Positions 26,565-41,245 of a DNA stretch of 64,000 bases are shown piece after piece. The stretch lies in assembly GCF_009914755.1 (NCBI RefSeq), contig NC_060938.1; one strand, given 5' to 3'. Source of the DNA: the human T2T-CHM13v2.0 reference genome, Homo sapiens. The first letter of the stretch is position 1. Each line of letters begins with the position of its first letter. The position numbers were made by a program, and so were the translations under genes. The notes beneath the pieces were generated by a model, which worked only from the letters and a program-made list of their open reading frames with translations, was not told the origin of the DNA and did no database searches.

Positions 26565-27444
26565 CCCCGCCCCCAAACAAAAAAACAAAATGTCATTATT
26601 AATATTTCAACATTTTAGCCTTTTTACTTAAAAGACCTTTACAGATTCATGTTAAATATTAATAACATTTTGGCTTCATTAAAGAAAAATCATCAAGGAA
26701 AATAAATCTTAAAGCAGCTATTTTAGATACACTTCATGGGAATGATATAGTTGAGGTGATTCTGGAGATAGGAAGTATTTGTTTTGGGCTCAGATAGGAT
26801 CAAGATCCATCTTTTCCTTAATGGACTTATGTCTTTGCTATAAGCTCTAAGTAATCAAAATCTACTTGGGATTATAATTTATTCATGACAGAAAAAGCAT
26901 CACTTCACTTTTATAGCATTTTTCACTATATATGATAATACCTCTCAATGAGGAAAAACAGATGGTACCTCTCTGAAAGCTTAGATTTGCCATTTAGGCA
27001 GTTTTTATTGTAGCAAGCATCTCTTTCTTTATATTTTATAATTACAACCAAAAAATGGCTTAAAGCTTCAATCGAAGTGGAATACCATATGCAAAAAAGG
27101 TTGATGTCACCATGGAAATATAATTTATAAGCATGAAGAAGCATGACATATCAACCTGAAAATGTTTTGCTTTCCTCACATTTTAAAATCTGTGTAATGT
27201 ATCTACCACATTCACTGTTCTCATAAGTTCTGTGACTATGCCTTCACCTTACACAATTGCCAGTGAGCACTGGTGTGAGGCTGAATGGATGCTGTCTGAC
27301 CACTCTACTCCTCATCTAGCCATTGTTAATCTTTGCCTGGGCTTGTTATTAATCCCATGAATGTCAGTGTTTTCATATAAACTGAGAACTTTGAATAAGT
27401 TCATATTCTGAATAGGGCATACTCAGCCCTCAGAAAATGCCAGC

Positions 27445-27885
27445 TGTATTGGAAACAATTGGCATCCTCAAACTGGTTAATTTCAAGAGTACTTAGTAAA
27501 AAGAATATTTCCAAGGATAAGGGCAGAGTATAGGAAAACTGCAAGGGAGAATGCAGTTTTCCAGGGCTCCTATATTATCCTTTGGCCTGAGGTATGAGGA
27601 CAGTGGGGAGAGGACCTCCTTAGTGGAGCTGTGGCCTCCAGGAAAGGGATATAGCCAGATTATAATGATCCTGCAGGCAGAGACCCCAGGAAACAAATAA
27701 CCTGAACTGATTCTTCCACTTATTCTGATCGCCTGCTCATGCTCCTCATTGGCCAAACCCAACTGGGAGGCAAAGAGCAAGGAAGTCTGCCACTGAGTTC
27801 ATGCGGTTTAGTTTCCTGGGGTATAAGCCAGGTGGAATAGGATGGAGAATGGATTTGGAGAGGCAAATGGAAGATATACAGCACA
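27445..27885 (-). mobile_element. LTR33-like ERVL LTR
   Basis: End GGATTTGGAGAGGCAAATGGAAGATATACAGCACA; CCTCATTGGCCAAACCCAACTGG. Confidence 0.6.
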
Positions 27886-28594
27886 GTTAACCTTCATCAC
27901 GGAAGTCTTGCATGAAGGAATGGCAGTATTTCCAAAAAGCGTAGATAACTTACAAAAACTTGTTTAAACCAGCTTTCACATTTTTATTAATTTTACTTAG
28001 TCAAGGTTATAGCCCATGTTCAAATGGACCCAGATACAATGGTAGTATTTGGACAGAGTTCAGTTGTTTGTGTGGTGAAAGATGATCTGGAGGAGCTACA
28101 CAGAGAGAGAAAACCACCCTATGCTTTCCTTATTCAGAGACAGGATGTCAACCTCAACTTACGGTTCAAGTTTGCTACAAAAACTAGCTGGACCCCTCAG
28201 AGCAGCTTTAGATAGCCACCTTCTTGGGCCTCCCGACATCAAAGGAAATGACTATTATCCCAAAGAAATGTAATACCTGGCTAGTGGGTTGAGTGGCCAA
28301 TTTTTGGTGTTTTTGCAGCTTACTTTGAATCTCAAGTGAATTATTTTCATTTCTTTGACCCAGGGACCAGGATTACTTGCCTTGATCTAATCTAGATTAA
28401 CCACTCTGATCCACTGAAAATGAATAAATCCACTGAATCAGATAAATTGGTTGGGGAGGTATTTGTGGCAGCACAAAATGATGGACAAAACAAATGTGGA
28501 ATGCTATCCTAAAGCATCAACCTCTTCTGTGGATGGGAAAATTCCCTGACTTGGGAAGTTCTGGGACGGGTTGGGTCTATAATAGGAGCAGTGA

Positions 28595-28810
28595 GAGGCA
28601 GTGTGGTGTAGAGAAAAGAGCTGGGGCTGTGGGGTTAAAATGAACTGAAGTTAGCGTAATACTGACTGTGACCACCTTGGCAAATTACTGAACTTTCTCA
28701 ACCTTAAGTCTCCTAGTATGAAAAATGAGAATAACTTTACTTGCTATAAAATTAATTGAAATTATATATGCAAAATGAAGGCAGTGTTTTCCACACAGTA
28801 GTCATGCAAA
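28595..28810 (+). mobile_element. MIR SINE
   Basis: GGCAGTGTGGTGTAGAGAAAAGAGC...CCTTGGCAAATTACTGAACTTTCT. Confidence 0.75.
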
Positions 28811-28934
28811 TACCTTTTTAGGATGTATACACGTGTTGAAAACAACCATATGGAAGTATAATTGAGATTTTAAAAAGCTGCACATATTTGATGTATGTAA
28901 TTTGATGAGTATGCCTATGCTCCTTTAAAAAATT

Positions 28935-29240
28935 ATTTCTTAACAGCTTTATTTAGGTATAGTTGATATACAATAAATAACACATATTCAAAGTGTATGA
29001 TTTGATGAATTTTGACTGCATACACCCATGAAACCATCATCACCAACAAGATAATGAACGTATTCATTCAAAAGTTTCCTCATGCTCCATGATCATCTCT
29101 CCCTTCTATCTCCATCTCAATGTAATTACATTGAGATACATCCATGCTGTATGCATCAACTATTTATTCTTTTTATTCTTGGGTAGTATTCTATTGTATT
29201 GGTATACCACAATATGTTTATCTGCTTACCTATAGTAGCA
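28935..29240 (-). mobile_element. L1M 3' fragment
   Basis: AACAGCTTTATTTAGGTATAGTTGATATAC...CCATGAAACCATCATCAC. Confidence 0.75.
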
Positions 29241-29255
29241 ATTACTCAATTATCG

Positions 29256-29531
29256 TTTTGTTTGTTTGTTTTTGTTGTTGTTGTTGTTTTGAGACAAGGA
29301 CTTCCTTTGTCACCCAGGCTGGAGTACAGTGGCATGATCATAGCTCACTGCAGCCTTGACCTCCTGGGCTTGAGCGATCCTCCCACCTCAGCCTCCCCAG
29401 TAGCTAGGACCACAGGTGCACACCACCACGCCTGGCTAATTTTTAAATGTTTTTGAAGAGATAGGGTCTCGTTATGTTACCTGGGCTGGTCTTGAATACC
29501 TGGGCTCAAGTAATCTTCCTACCTCAGCCTC
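29256..29531 (-). mobile_element. Alu (AluJ-like), 5'-truncated, with (TTG)n tail
   Basis: Antisense Alu text. Confidence 0.92.
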
Positions 29532-29784
29532 AATTTTTTAAAATTCCATTTTCTTTCTTCTTTCCTCATTAATAGTGTAAGAGAAATTTTTAGAATTCCA
29601 TGTTACCACAGCTGACGTCTCCGTTAACATCCTCCAGGAGTAGTGCAGTTTACAAGAATTGGGTATAAATGCAGATATAATAGTAATTGTGTTTGTTAAT
29701 CCCTGGTTTAGGTTGAGTACGCAGCTGGAATCTGGTTCTTTCTGCTTCCTAGGCTTGCTTTTGTTTCTTATCATAAACAAGCAA

Positions 29785-30515
<731 letters not shown>

Positions 30516-31720
30516 AAAAGCAGTCTGAAAAACTTTGGGAAAAATAAATATTCAAGAGCAGCCATTAATTTAATTTCCCTTTTTTTGTTTGCTAAAGGGA
30601 AAACTTAAAGCTTTTTAACTCATTGGTTGTACTGCACCTATATTTCCAGGTGTTGAGCACAATGTAGAACTTTCTAGCATTAGAAAATAAAAATGTGACA
30701 TCTAGAGATAAATTGTGTTCGCAGATACAAGGTAGTTCAGTGCCGTACTGTTTTGGTTTATTGGAGATAATAAAGGCCCTGTAGCTACTTTGGCTTTTTT
30801 GTCTTTTCCTTTACTTTTTAAAAATAACATGCATTCAGATTATCTAATCACTCTTTCCTCTAGCCTTACTTAGTTAACTAGATACAGGATATCCTGTCAG
30901 TAAAGCATCTTAGCTAAATCAGATTATTTATCAAACTCCTAACCACAGTAGATACAACTGAGTGAGTAAAATAGAAGTCCAAGTACTCAAAATAATCCTT
31001 GGAAAGGAAAAGAAGCCGGGAGATCAAAATGAGTAGTGATTCAGTCATGGGTACAACTTTGGTTTCAGGCAGCTGTGGAGGATGGGAATAAGGACAGACT
31101 TCCTCCCTTTCTAATTGTCTTCCTTCACCTGGTGAAACACTGCCTTATTTAGAATGCTTTTAGCCGCTCAACTGCTGTGAATCAGGACCAACATTGTAAT
31201 ATCTGGAAATAGAGCTCCACCTGGTCTATTCCCAACAAATCAGTGTTTCCTGAGTACACGAGATTTGTGGTTGAGAAAAGGCATTTTTTTCCCCTGCCCT
31301 CAAAAATCTTACTAGCCAAGGTTGGAGTTTTGGTGTCATTTAGTTTAAATCTTAAAGTGAAAGAAAGGTATTCTTAACCCAGGGTAAAAGTAAAACCAAT
31401 GTAACTCTACTCAGAAATATTACCTTTGCTTTTTGCTATAACTTGGCAAATTATTTTCCCAAGGTGACTTGGAAATATTTATGTCACAGTGTGTGTTTAG
31501 CTTGGGTTTTCTGTTATATTCTCTCCAGTTCTGGCATACAACAAAAAATTCCATAAGATAACTTTCCATTTTACTTTGGCACTGGAAGAATATGGCTCTC
31601 AGCAATATTCCTTTGAGTATTACTCTAGAAATATATTTATTCAGTTATGTATTAAGAATCTACAACACAAAGTATACCTGGAAGATGGTTAAGTGGCTTC
31701 TTCAATAAGCGGATGGGCTT

Positions 31721-32289
31721 TGTAGGGGAATAAAAATAAGTTTTTCTTCAATATTTATAGGTTCTTAGTTGGAATGGCCCCCTGTAACAAAAGACAGATT
31801 AAAAAGCAAAAAACAAACAAGTTTATTAACATGTTTATTTCATATACACATGGTATATGAAATTGAGTAGTTCCTAAAGAGATGGCTTTGAATTCCAGCT
31901 TATAGAGCATCTTCAGCAAAGAACAGTACATTCTTTAGAGAAGTGACAAGACAATGGAAAATAACTTTCAGTCTCTAAGTGGGTCAATTTTGGGGAAGGC
32001 AAATAAATGGCAGATAAAGGCAAGTTAGTAATCCTTGTTCATGTAGATTCCTCTCATACCATCTCCAGGCCAATAAGGGTCTTAAGTTGTCCTCAATGAT
32101 TAGCCTTCGTTCTCCCCGGTAGAGAAGGAGGGGAGTGCGGGGCGGGATACCTTTTTGTCTTTAATAAATCTGTGTCCTACTTTAAGGCAAATAGAAGGAG
32201 GTAAAGAATTTTCTTGCATCTGCTTCTTGGTAGCCTTCAGATCAACAATTCCTTCCCATTTGGGGGTTGCATATTCTGGTCTTTCGTAG
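31721..32289 (-). mobile_element. ERV1 solo LTR (MER34/MER39-like)
   Basis: TGTAGGGG start, AAAAGACAGATTAA...TTTATTAACATG, end GGGGTTGCATATTCTGGT. Confidence 0.55.
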
Positions 32290-32399
32290 CTTCATAGGCA
32301 TAAAGCTGTGAAAGCTAGACATAGACCTAAAGGCATTCTTTCTGTGTCTATATGTGTATGTATGTGTGTATATGTAAAATATCACACATCAAAATAATG

Positions 32400-35200
32400 A
32401 ATACATGTGCATACATATATATATTAAAGACTGTTAGTAGAACAAACCCACATACATTCCCCATCTTTTAAGTACCACCTTTAAAAACTCCTGTATGCTT
32501 CTCTCCAATTCCATCCTCCTTTTTCTTCCTTCCCAGAAAGCCATAATCTGGACATTTTATTTATCACTTCCCTGCATATGGTTTAGTTTCACCTGTTTTA
32601 GAACTTTAAATAAATGACATCATGCTTCTTCTTTGGCTTGGATTTTTAACCAACATTATGTTTTGAGATTCATCCAGGTGGATGTACATAGCTGTAGTTT
32701 ACCCATTTTTACTGCTATCTAGCAATAATTAGTGTATCATTCTTCCACTGTGTGAAATATCACACACTTTATTCATTCTACACATGTTGGGCATTTGGGT
32801 TGTGTCCACCTTTTTGCTCTGATGCACGATGCTGCTGTGTGCATTCTGTTCATGTCTCCTGGTTCACATTCAGGAGTTTTTCTAGGACGTATACTTTGGA
32901 GTTCAGTTGCTAAGGCATAGAACATTGCAAATATTCACCTTATTAGGTTGACCATTAGTGGTTATACCAATTTATTCTTCATTAGCAGTATAAGAGTTCC
33001 TCTTGCTCCACTTGTCAACAGTTAAGTGTTGGACAGAACAGTCATTCAGTTCTCTGAACTTAATTTTTGCTAGTTTCATTGCAAATATATTCTGGAAGTC
33101 TATTTTTTTAAACAACTCATTTTTAACCATCTTGGTGAAAGAGACAAGGACGTAAATTGTTTTTTATTATGTTTGATAAAGTGGGCCATTACCGTAGACA
33201 TATGTAGATATATGTTTTCAAGCAATATCGAGCCTGAGAGTCTTTTTTCTTTCTTTTATTTATTTTATTTTATTTTTTTTTTGAAATAGAGTCTCACTTT
33301 GTCCCTCAGGGTAGAGAGCTATGGCGCGATCTTGGCGCACTACAACCTTTGCCTCCTGGGTTCAAGCGGTTCTCCTGCCTCTGCTGGGACTACAGGCATG
33401 TGCCATCATGCCTGGCTAATTTTTGTAATTTTTTATAGAGACGGTTTTGCCATGTTGGCCAGGCTGGTCTCGAACTCCTCACTTCAAGTGATCCTCCAAT
33501 CTCAGCCTACTCCCAAAGTGCCAGGATTACAGGCATGAGCCACCAGGCCTGGGCTTCTTTATTTTCTTTATCAGGTATTTTTAATTTACAAATGTAACAC
33601 GCTCTTGTTTTTACAAGTAAAAAGATATAGGAAGAAGCTCATTTCCCCCTTTCTCCCTTGCCTCCCTCCTCCCCCATGTAACCAATGTTAATGCTTTGGG
33701 GTGTATTATTCCACGTTTTTCTTCATGCTCATAAATGTGTAATAAACATATGTTGGGTTGCAATTTATGAAATTGTTATTTTATTAGGCCAAAGTAGTTG
33801 AAATCAGCAACTGCATACAGTTCAATCACATGCATGCATATTAGGTAGTTGTCTGGAAATTTTTCAAATATAAAAGTTAATGTGCAGCTATCTTTTATGT
33901 GACAAATGTCACAGAATTCACCTAGCTTGTAGTTGTGGATCTAACAGATTCATGTTAATGATTATATCATCTTCACTCCACTGTCGCCTGTGGAGTGATA
34001 TTAGTTTTGTCTTCCTTGGTTGTGGTTGTGTTTCTTCTAACTAACCTGTCATACATCCATGCTTTACTGTGGTGGAATCCCAAACAGGGGGATTGTTGAG
34101 TAAAAGCACTTAGGTCTCTTACATTTTAATATATATTACTAGATTTCTTTCTTAAAAGGTTGTAGCAATTTGGATGCCCATTAGTAAATATGAGCCTGCC
34201 TGTTTTCTATCTCCTAGTCATCACTGGAAATTACCACTCTAATGGGTGAGGAATGGTATTCTATTTTAATTTGCATTCCCTTGAATTCTGGTGAAGTTGA
34301 GCATATTTTCATATGTTTTCATTGATCTTTTGCATTTTCTCTTCTGTGAATGTCGTTTTGAATCCTTTGCCCATGTTTTTATAAGGTTATTTGACTCTTC
34401 CCTCAATTTATACAGAATCCTTAGTTTATTAGTGATAGTAATACTTTGTCCGCTTTATATGCTGCAGTTATTTCTTTCCCAGCCCATCATTTGTCTGTTT
34501 TGCTTATAGTATCCTTTGTCATACTTTTTCTTTTTCTTTCTTTTTTTAAAAAGTATTTATTCACATATGTCTGTGTTTTCCTTTATAGTTTTTTGGCTTC
34601 TTGTCTTGCTTAGGCATATTTCCTCTATCCAAGGTAATATAAATATCCTCCTTATTCTTCTTCTAATATTTTAAAAAACATTTCTCCATGTTATGTATTA
34701 AATCCATCTAGAATATATTTTGTATATGATGTGAGCTATAAATATGTTCCTCCAAACAGCCAACTCCATGACATCATTTACTTTAAAAACCCTCTTTTAT
34801 CTACTGAATTGGAACACTACTTTAGTCATATATTGTTTCCACATATACTTGGATCAATTTGGATCAATTTCTGTACTTTTTATTATATTTCCTGGATTTA
34901 TTTTCTATTCCAATGTCAATGATGCCATCTTCATTATAATAGTTTGATTTCAGGTTTTAATATCTAGAAAAGTAACTGGGTCCCATTTTATTCTTCTTTT
35001 TAAACATTTATTGCTATTGTTTGACATTTTTTCCATATAAAATTTAACCTCATTTTGTTATATTGCAAAAAGGGGAAAACAACCATTGAGATTCCAATTA
35101 CAACTGCATTAAAATCATGTATTATTGGAAAGGACTTTTTTATATTTTGCGGTTTCCATCTGGAAAACATGCTTCTCAATTCAAATATATCGTAGTTTTA
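32400..35200 (-). mobile_element. Fragmented L1ME-type LINE (interrupted by an Alu)
   Basis: GGGCATTTGGGTTGT, TTTTAATTTGCATTCCCTTGA...GTTGAGCATATTTTCATATG, AATCCATCTAGAATATATTTTGTATATGATGTGAG. Confidence 0.65.
33242..33554 (-). mobile_element. Alu, diverged
   Basis: (TTTTA)n tail and antisense dimer. Confidence 0.92.
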
Positions 35201-35879
35201 TTTTAAAGTGCATTTCTCGATATATAAAGATTTTTGCTTCGTTTGGAGTTGGAAATTTGGTAAAATGGCTGGGTGTGTGATAAATATAAAAATAAATAGC
35301 TTCTCTTTTCTTAATGCTAAAACTTGTTCTCAGACTAACATACTGAGGAGTTCCTAATTCAGATCTCCAGGGACAGATGTCATAAGCTTGACTTAAGAAA
35401 TGTTAAAGCAGAGCTTTGCGCCACTTGACTTAATTCCAACTTTGCTACAATGGATCATATTATTGTGGATTATTATTATGGAGGAAAACAGTACTTTGAG
35501 CTCTGTGTGGTTAGGCAGGATGTTTCTTCTTTTAGTTCTAGATCAGTCATGATGTTAAGAGTAAAATCCTAACAGAGGAAACTAATTATTTACATTTCAG
35601 TTTTTTTTTAAGTATAATTTTATCTGTTGGACAGAGGCTCATTTGAAGATAAAACCTCAAGATATAAGCTTATTGGTACATAAAAGTACATAGAGGAGTC
35701 TCACTTATTGGAAGAATTTTATCGTTAGTTTAACAAAACCTACAGTACTGCTGTACTTATTTCTAAAAACTAGAATTTAAAGTAAAAATACTGTTGCTTC
35801 TGGGAAATTAATGGCCTAAGTAGCAGTATAGATAGCCTTCTTCATAGTAAACCCATTCAAATGCCAATGACATTTTCTC

Positions 35880-36645
35880 AAACAAAAATCTTCAATAACA
35901 TAGCCTCAGTATCCAAAAAACAAAGAAGAACTTTTAAAATAATTCAGCTAATTTTTAAAAGTTGTAATTCCAAATAACAAAACTATAAAAGAATAGGAAA
36001 AAAAAAAACAATGAACTTTAAAATTGCCTGACATAACTAAAGCCAGGAAATAAAAAGCCATTTAGTGAAAATTACAGTATTACATACAATTAAGAATATT
36101 TCCAGAACTAGTAAAGAGAAGAGTTTACATGGAGAACTACTAAATAGTTAATTAGGGAAGCATATTTATTAACTACAGAATCAAATAAAAAATTGGATAG
36201 CTTAAATAAACATGTATAAATAATGCCAGGCCAAAATGATCCACTTCTAGAATGGAACACAGTGTTTTAACTTAAAAATAATAGGTGAAAGTACTTGAGC
36301 TAATAGAATAAATAAATGTTAACGAATCAACAATTTAAGGTAGACAATATTTCCAGAATTCATTAAAGATGTGGCCTATGTATTAGGAAGTTAATCTGGA
36401 AATTTACATCCAGAGAAAGATGCCAAGATGTTTACTTATAACATTTTCAAACTTCAGTGAGGAAGAAATCCTAAACATCTGGAAAAAAGGCCAGATAATA
36501 TTCCAAGTACTGATTTCAGATGTAGCTGAAATTAAGACCATGAACTCCCCAAGGAAATGAAACAACATCTGCAGCTCTTTTTATGGAAAAAAATTATCCA
36601 GGCAAGATGTCATTCATTTGGAAAAGCTAGAGAAAGATTTTCACA
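35880..36645 (+). mobile_element. Possible ancient HAL1/L1 ORF1-like remnant
   Basis: A-rich + strand; TTTCCAGAATT, GAAGAAATCCTAAA...GAAAAAAGGCCAGATAA resemble L1 ORF1 text; weak evidence. Confidence 0.3.
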
Positions 36646-36653
36646 TATCCCAC

Positions 36654-37017
36654 TGATATGGTTTGGCTATGTGTCCCCACCCAAATCTCATCTTGTAGCT
36701 CCCATAATTCCCACATGTTGTGGGAGGGACCCAGTGGGAGATGATTGAATTATGGGGCGGGTCTTTCCTGTGCTGTTCTTGCGATAGTGAATGGGTCCCA
36801 CAAGATCTGATGGTCTTAAAAATGGGAGTTGTCCTGCACATGCTCTCTTTGCCTGCTGCCATCCACGTAAGACGTGACTTACTCATCCTGGTCTTCCACC
36901 ATGACTGTGAGGCTTCCCCAGCTATGTGGAACTGTAAGTCCAATTAAACCTCTTTCTCTTGTAAATTGCCCAGTCTCGGATATGTCTTGATCAGCGGTGT
37001 GAAAACAGACTAATATA
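36654..37017 (+). mobile_element. THE1A-like MaLR solo LTR
   Basis: TGATATGGTTTGGCT...GACTAATATA; perfect 5-bp TSD CCCAC (36649-36653, 37018-37022). Confidence 0.95.
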
Positions 37018-37214
37018 CCCACTAACCCTAAATAGTCAATGACCTTACACTTTGGATTCAGAACAGGAATTTCTTCACACTGTGGCCACCTTATGAAGTC
37101 CTGCTGTCAAGATGGGATACTAAAAACATTAACTAGGAGGATCAATGCATAGACCATAGACCTGTTGCAGAATAAAATTGTGATCTAAAACGTAAAAGGA
37201 AGAGAGGAAGGGAA

Positions 37215-37400
37215 CTAATATTTAGAGAACATCTATAATTATCAAGTTTTTTTATAACACATTATTTCATTCAGTCTTCAAAAACCCTGGTGGTATTGTC
37301 CTCTTGTTTCAGATGAGAAAATAGTCTCAAAGAGGTTAAGTGACTTGCTTTGTTAAGTTGTAGAGTCAGAATTGAATAGGTGTCTTTCTGACTCCCAAGA
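37215..37400 (-). mobile_element. MIR SINE
   Basis: CAGATGAGAAAATAGTCTCAAAGAGGTTAAGTGACTTGC. Confidence 0.75.
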
Positions 37401-40384
37401 AAAGTATAAGTTTCCAAATAACAGTCCAAAAATTGAGAATGAGATAAGATGAGGAAGAACTAAAACCAATAGCCTAAATGTTCTTTTTTACCCATAGAAA
37501 GAAGCCTAAGAGCTTTGGGTTTTATTATTGCTGTAACTAGAAATCACCAAAATATGAATTTGATAATTTTAGTGACTTGTGTTTCTATGTGTTTGTGTGC
37601 AGATTTGATTTACATAGAAATAATTTTACTTAGAAGGGAGTATATTTAAGGTGCTTAATTAATAACTATGGCATTTATAAAGTGAAAATAAGGAATAGCG
37701 AAAATAAGAAAGATAGATGGCCAAAATATAACAATCATTATAGCCATAAACTTTAAAATGCCACATAAAAGATACGCACTTTAAACAAAAAGTCATACAC
37801 TAGAATATAAGGCAGGATTATAATACATGAACTAAAATCATAAGGAAATAGAATAATGTGTCATTATTGAACATAACATAAAGCCAAAAAAGATGAATAT
37901 ATGAATTATATAATGATGACAGCCATCACAAATAATAAAGTGAGTAAAGGAGGAATAGTGTTGAAACAAAAGGAACAAGTGAATAATGCTACTATGCAGT
38001 AGAATCATATTAGAGTAGATGCCAGTCTCTTTGGGTGGCGTCCTTTTAGCCACAATCCAGGAGTGAATGTTGACTTACCATGGAGTATATTCCAAGAGCC
38101 CTCAGGGCTGAAGAAGAACTTTGGCCTTTGGAAATTTAGGAATATATGTTGTATACTGCCTGCTTTGTTAGCACTAACTAGAGTTGGACAGTCCAGGTCA
38201 ATCTAGGCTGAATACGGTAGAGTCAAGTCATTCACTTACAGTTAGGAAATGTATGGGTTTCCTTAGTTTGATCATCTAGGTGAAGAATGAGACTTTGTAA
38301 TGTCAGGCAGCTGTAGAAGTGATGGCCCCCATAACTAAGGAGGCAGGTTGTCATCTTGGACAATTCCGGGGTGGGGGCATCATGGGAGTAAACCTGTGAC
38401 GTAAAAAGGATAATGTTAAAATGAAGAAGTGTCACTTGGTAGGCCCCACAGATGGAACCAAATTTCCAGTTGAACTGGTATTCTAGCAGTAACTTCAAAA
38501 AAGGAGAGATAAGTTGAGGAGTTTGATGAAAAAGTTATTAAATGGGTGAATCCATGATCAAATTTGCTTTCCAGGGACATAAGCCCATGTTTAATGTTGC
38601 CTTCATTTCCTAGTAGATTACCAAGTAGTGTAGGGTCCCTTCTCACCTGGTTCTGGGAGGGCAAGGAACTTATGTGATGGGAGGCTACGTGAACTTACGT
38701 GATGGCCAAGTAGACAGACTGTCATTGGCTCTGCCATGTTGGAGCCAGGGTCCCATAGGGGCATAACAGCTGTGTGCCCCACAATGTTTTGAGGGAATAA
38801 TGTTTTACAGCAAGTTAGTGGGAAATATCTGCATAGTACTAACATTCTTTTCAAGTTCTGCCTTAAAATGAGATGACTGGGAGGCCTGCTAGTATGAAAG
38901 GGGCTCTATCAGCAGAGAAACCCTCTGGCTATGTATTTAACACCCCGTAACTGTTCTCTAGAGGGTTCATGCTCTCTGGGTATTGTTTCCCATTTATTTT
39001 ACTTTCCATCTATGGCCTGGGCTTCTCAAGTGAATTGCCTGTGTCCTGTGGTTACATATGTTAGAGAACATGAATACTAGTTTACAGATCTCATTTTCTA
39101 AAAATTTTGGAGTGGCATTATTCCAACCATGTCCCCAAGCTGCCTTTGAGGCTAATATTATTGCTTAAAAATGATTATGAGATATTTAAATTATACAGGA
39201 AATGACAGAGAATTATTTTTTTCCTTTCTTAGTGGTTCTTTTGAATGACTTGCAAGAACAATTTTAAGGGTAGAAGTAGCCCCTGCATTTTGATTTTGCT
39301 GGATCTGACATATGGTTCTGATGAGCATTGGGATGGATGTAGGAAGGCACACCACAGACCTGGCCAGGAGAAATGATGGGATGGTTCTCAGAGCTCTTCC
39401 CTTGCTTCCTCATCCCTGTTTAATAAAAAGTGAAAGATACAAGCAAGTAACATGAAACAAAGCTAAAAAAGATCACTTATTAAAGAAAGAAAGAGGAAAC
39501 TGTTAAATAACAGCTCCAGCAAAAGCCCAATGGAACAAACAAACAGCCACAAAGGACCAGGGAAGGCTCTTTGTCTGAATTAAAAATAACTAAAAATGGT
39601 ACAATGTGCACTGAACGCAAATGTGCAACTCATTGCAGAGCCCTCGAACTCTGTAACGTTCCAACCTCTGAGATGAGGAATGTCTCTGCCATCCATAGGG
39701 AAGAGCTTCCCGGCCAACTGCTCCTGGAACCAAGGCACTGTCCCCTTTCTTTGACAGCTAGCTACAGCACTTGGGTATTGTCAATTCTCCCTTCAGTGCT
39801 CCTACTGCAATACCATGAGGATTTGGTGGAAATCAAATGCTGAGGTAATCCAGACCACTCATTAATAAAGACCATAAGATTCTGGTGTATTTCCCTTCAG
39901 CAGCAGTGAGGAAAGATGGAAAAAGTGGAAAGAAAGAGCAGCTGTGAGAAGATCTCTGTATCTGATAGTGCCTTGTTGAGCTTTCTGGGACCCCCATCTC
40001 TACTCTGGAGTTGACCTGATCTTCAAGGACCTATGTCCTGGTGTATGATTCTCTCCCTTTTAACACCACCCTGTCTCTACAGCATATTTCTTGTCCTGAC
40101 CCCTTTCTGACAAACAGTTTGCTCTAAGGCTTGTTTGGAGAACTTGATCCTTTCCCCTCTCCCTGCCTGTTTCAGCCCCCGCCCCTACCTCCATCAGCTC
40201 TTGACTGGCTTTGCCTCCACCAGGTTCCAGCCACTCTCTAACTGATGCCACAGTCTCTGAGCCAGCCCTACTCCCTTGAGGGTTAGGCCATCCCTAGCTG
40301 GGATGGAACTGAAGTAATAATAGTTCCGACATTAAACAGAATTAGGACTTGTGTTCAAAATTGAGGATAGAGAAAGGAAAATAA

Positions 40385-41245
40385 ACTTTTTAAAGTATGG
40401 TAAAATACCTGTAGCATAAAACTTACCATCATAACCATTTTTAAGACTACAGTTCAGTGGCATTAAATGCATTCACATTGTTGTTCAACCATGATCATCA
40501 TCCATCTACAGAGCTCTTCGTCTGGCAACACTGAAAATCCAACACAGTGAAACCCCCATCTCTATCAAAAAATTTTTAAAAATTTAAAACCTGACACTCT
40601 GTTTTAAATAAACAATAGCTCCCTATTCTGCCCTCCCCCCAGTCCCTGGCAGTCAGCATTCTGCTTTCTGTCTCTATGAATTTGACTACATACATATAAG
40701 TGGAATCACACAGTATTTGTATTTTTATGACTGGCTTATTTCACTTAGCATAACGTCTTTAAAGTTCATCCACATGGTAGCATGTGTCAGAATTTCCATT
40801 CTTTTCACAGTGCAATAATATTCCATTGGAAGTATTTGTCATGTTTTGTTTCCCCATTCACCCATCAATGGACACTTGGGTTGCTTCCACCTTTTACCTA
40901 ATGTAAATAATGCTGCTATGAACACCAGTGTACAAATATGTCTTCAAGACCCTGATTTTAATTCTTTCATGTATATACTCAGAAATGAAATTGTTGGATC
41001 ATATGATAGTTGTATTTTTAATTTTTTAAGGAAGCATCATACTGTTTTCCATGGCAGCTGAACCATTTTACATTCCCCCCAACAGTACCCAAGGGCTCCA
41101 ATTTCTCCATATCCTCACCAGTACTTGTTATTTTCTGTTTTTTAAATTCTAATTCTGAAAGGTGTGAGGTGATAGCTCATTGCCATTTTTATTTGCATTT
41201 CCCTAATGATTAGTGACTTGGAGCATTTTTATATACTTATTGAAA
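40385..41245 (-). mobile_element. L1MB-type 3' fragment
   Basis: Same family text as 4448-5285. Confidence 0.85.
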
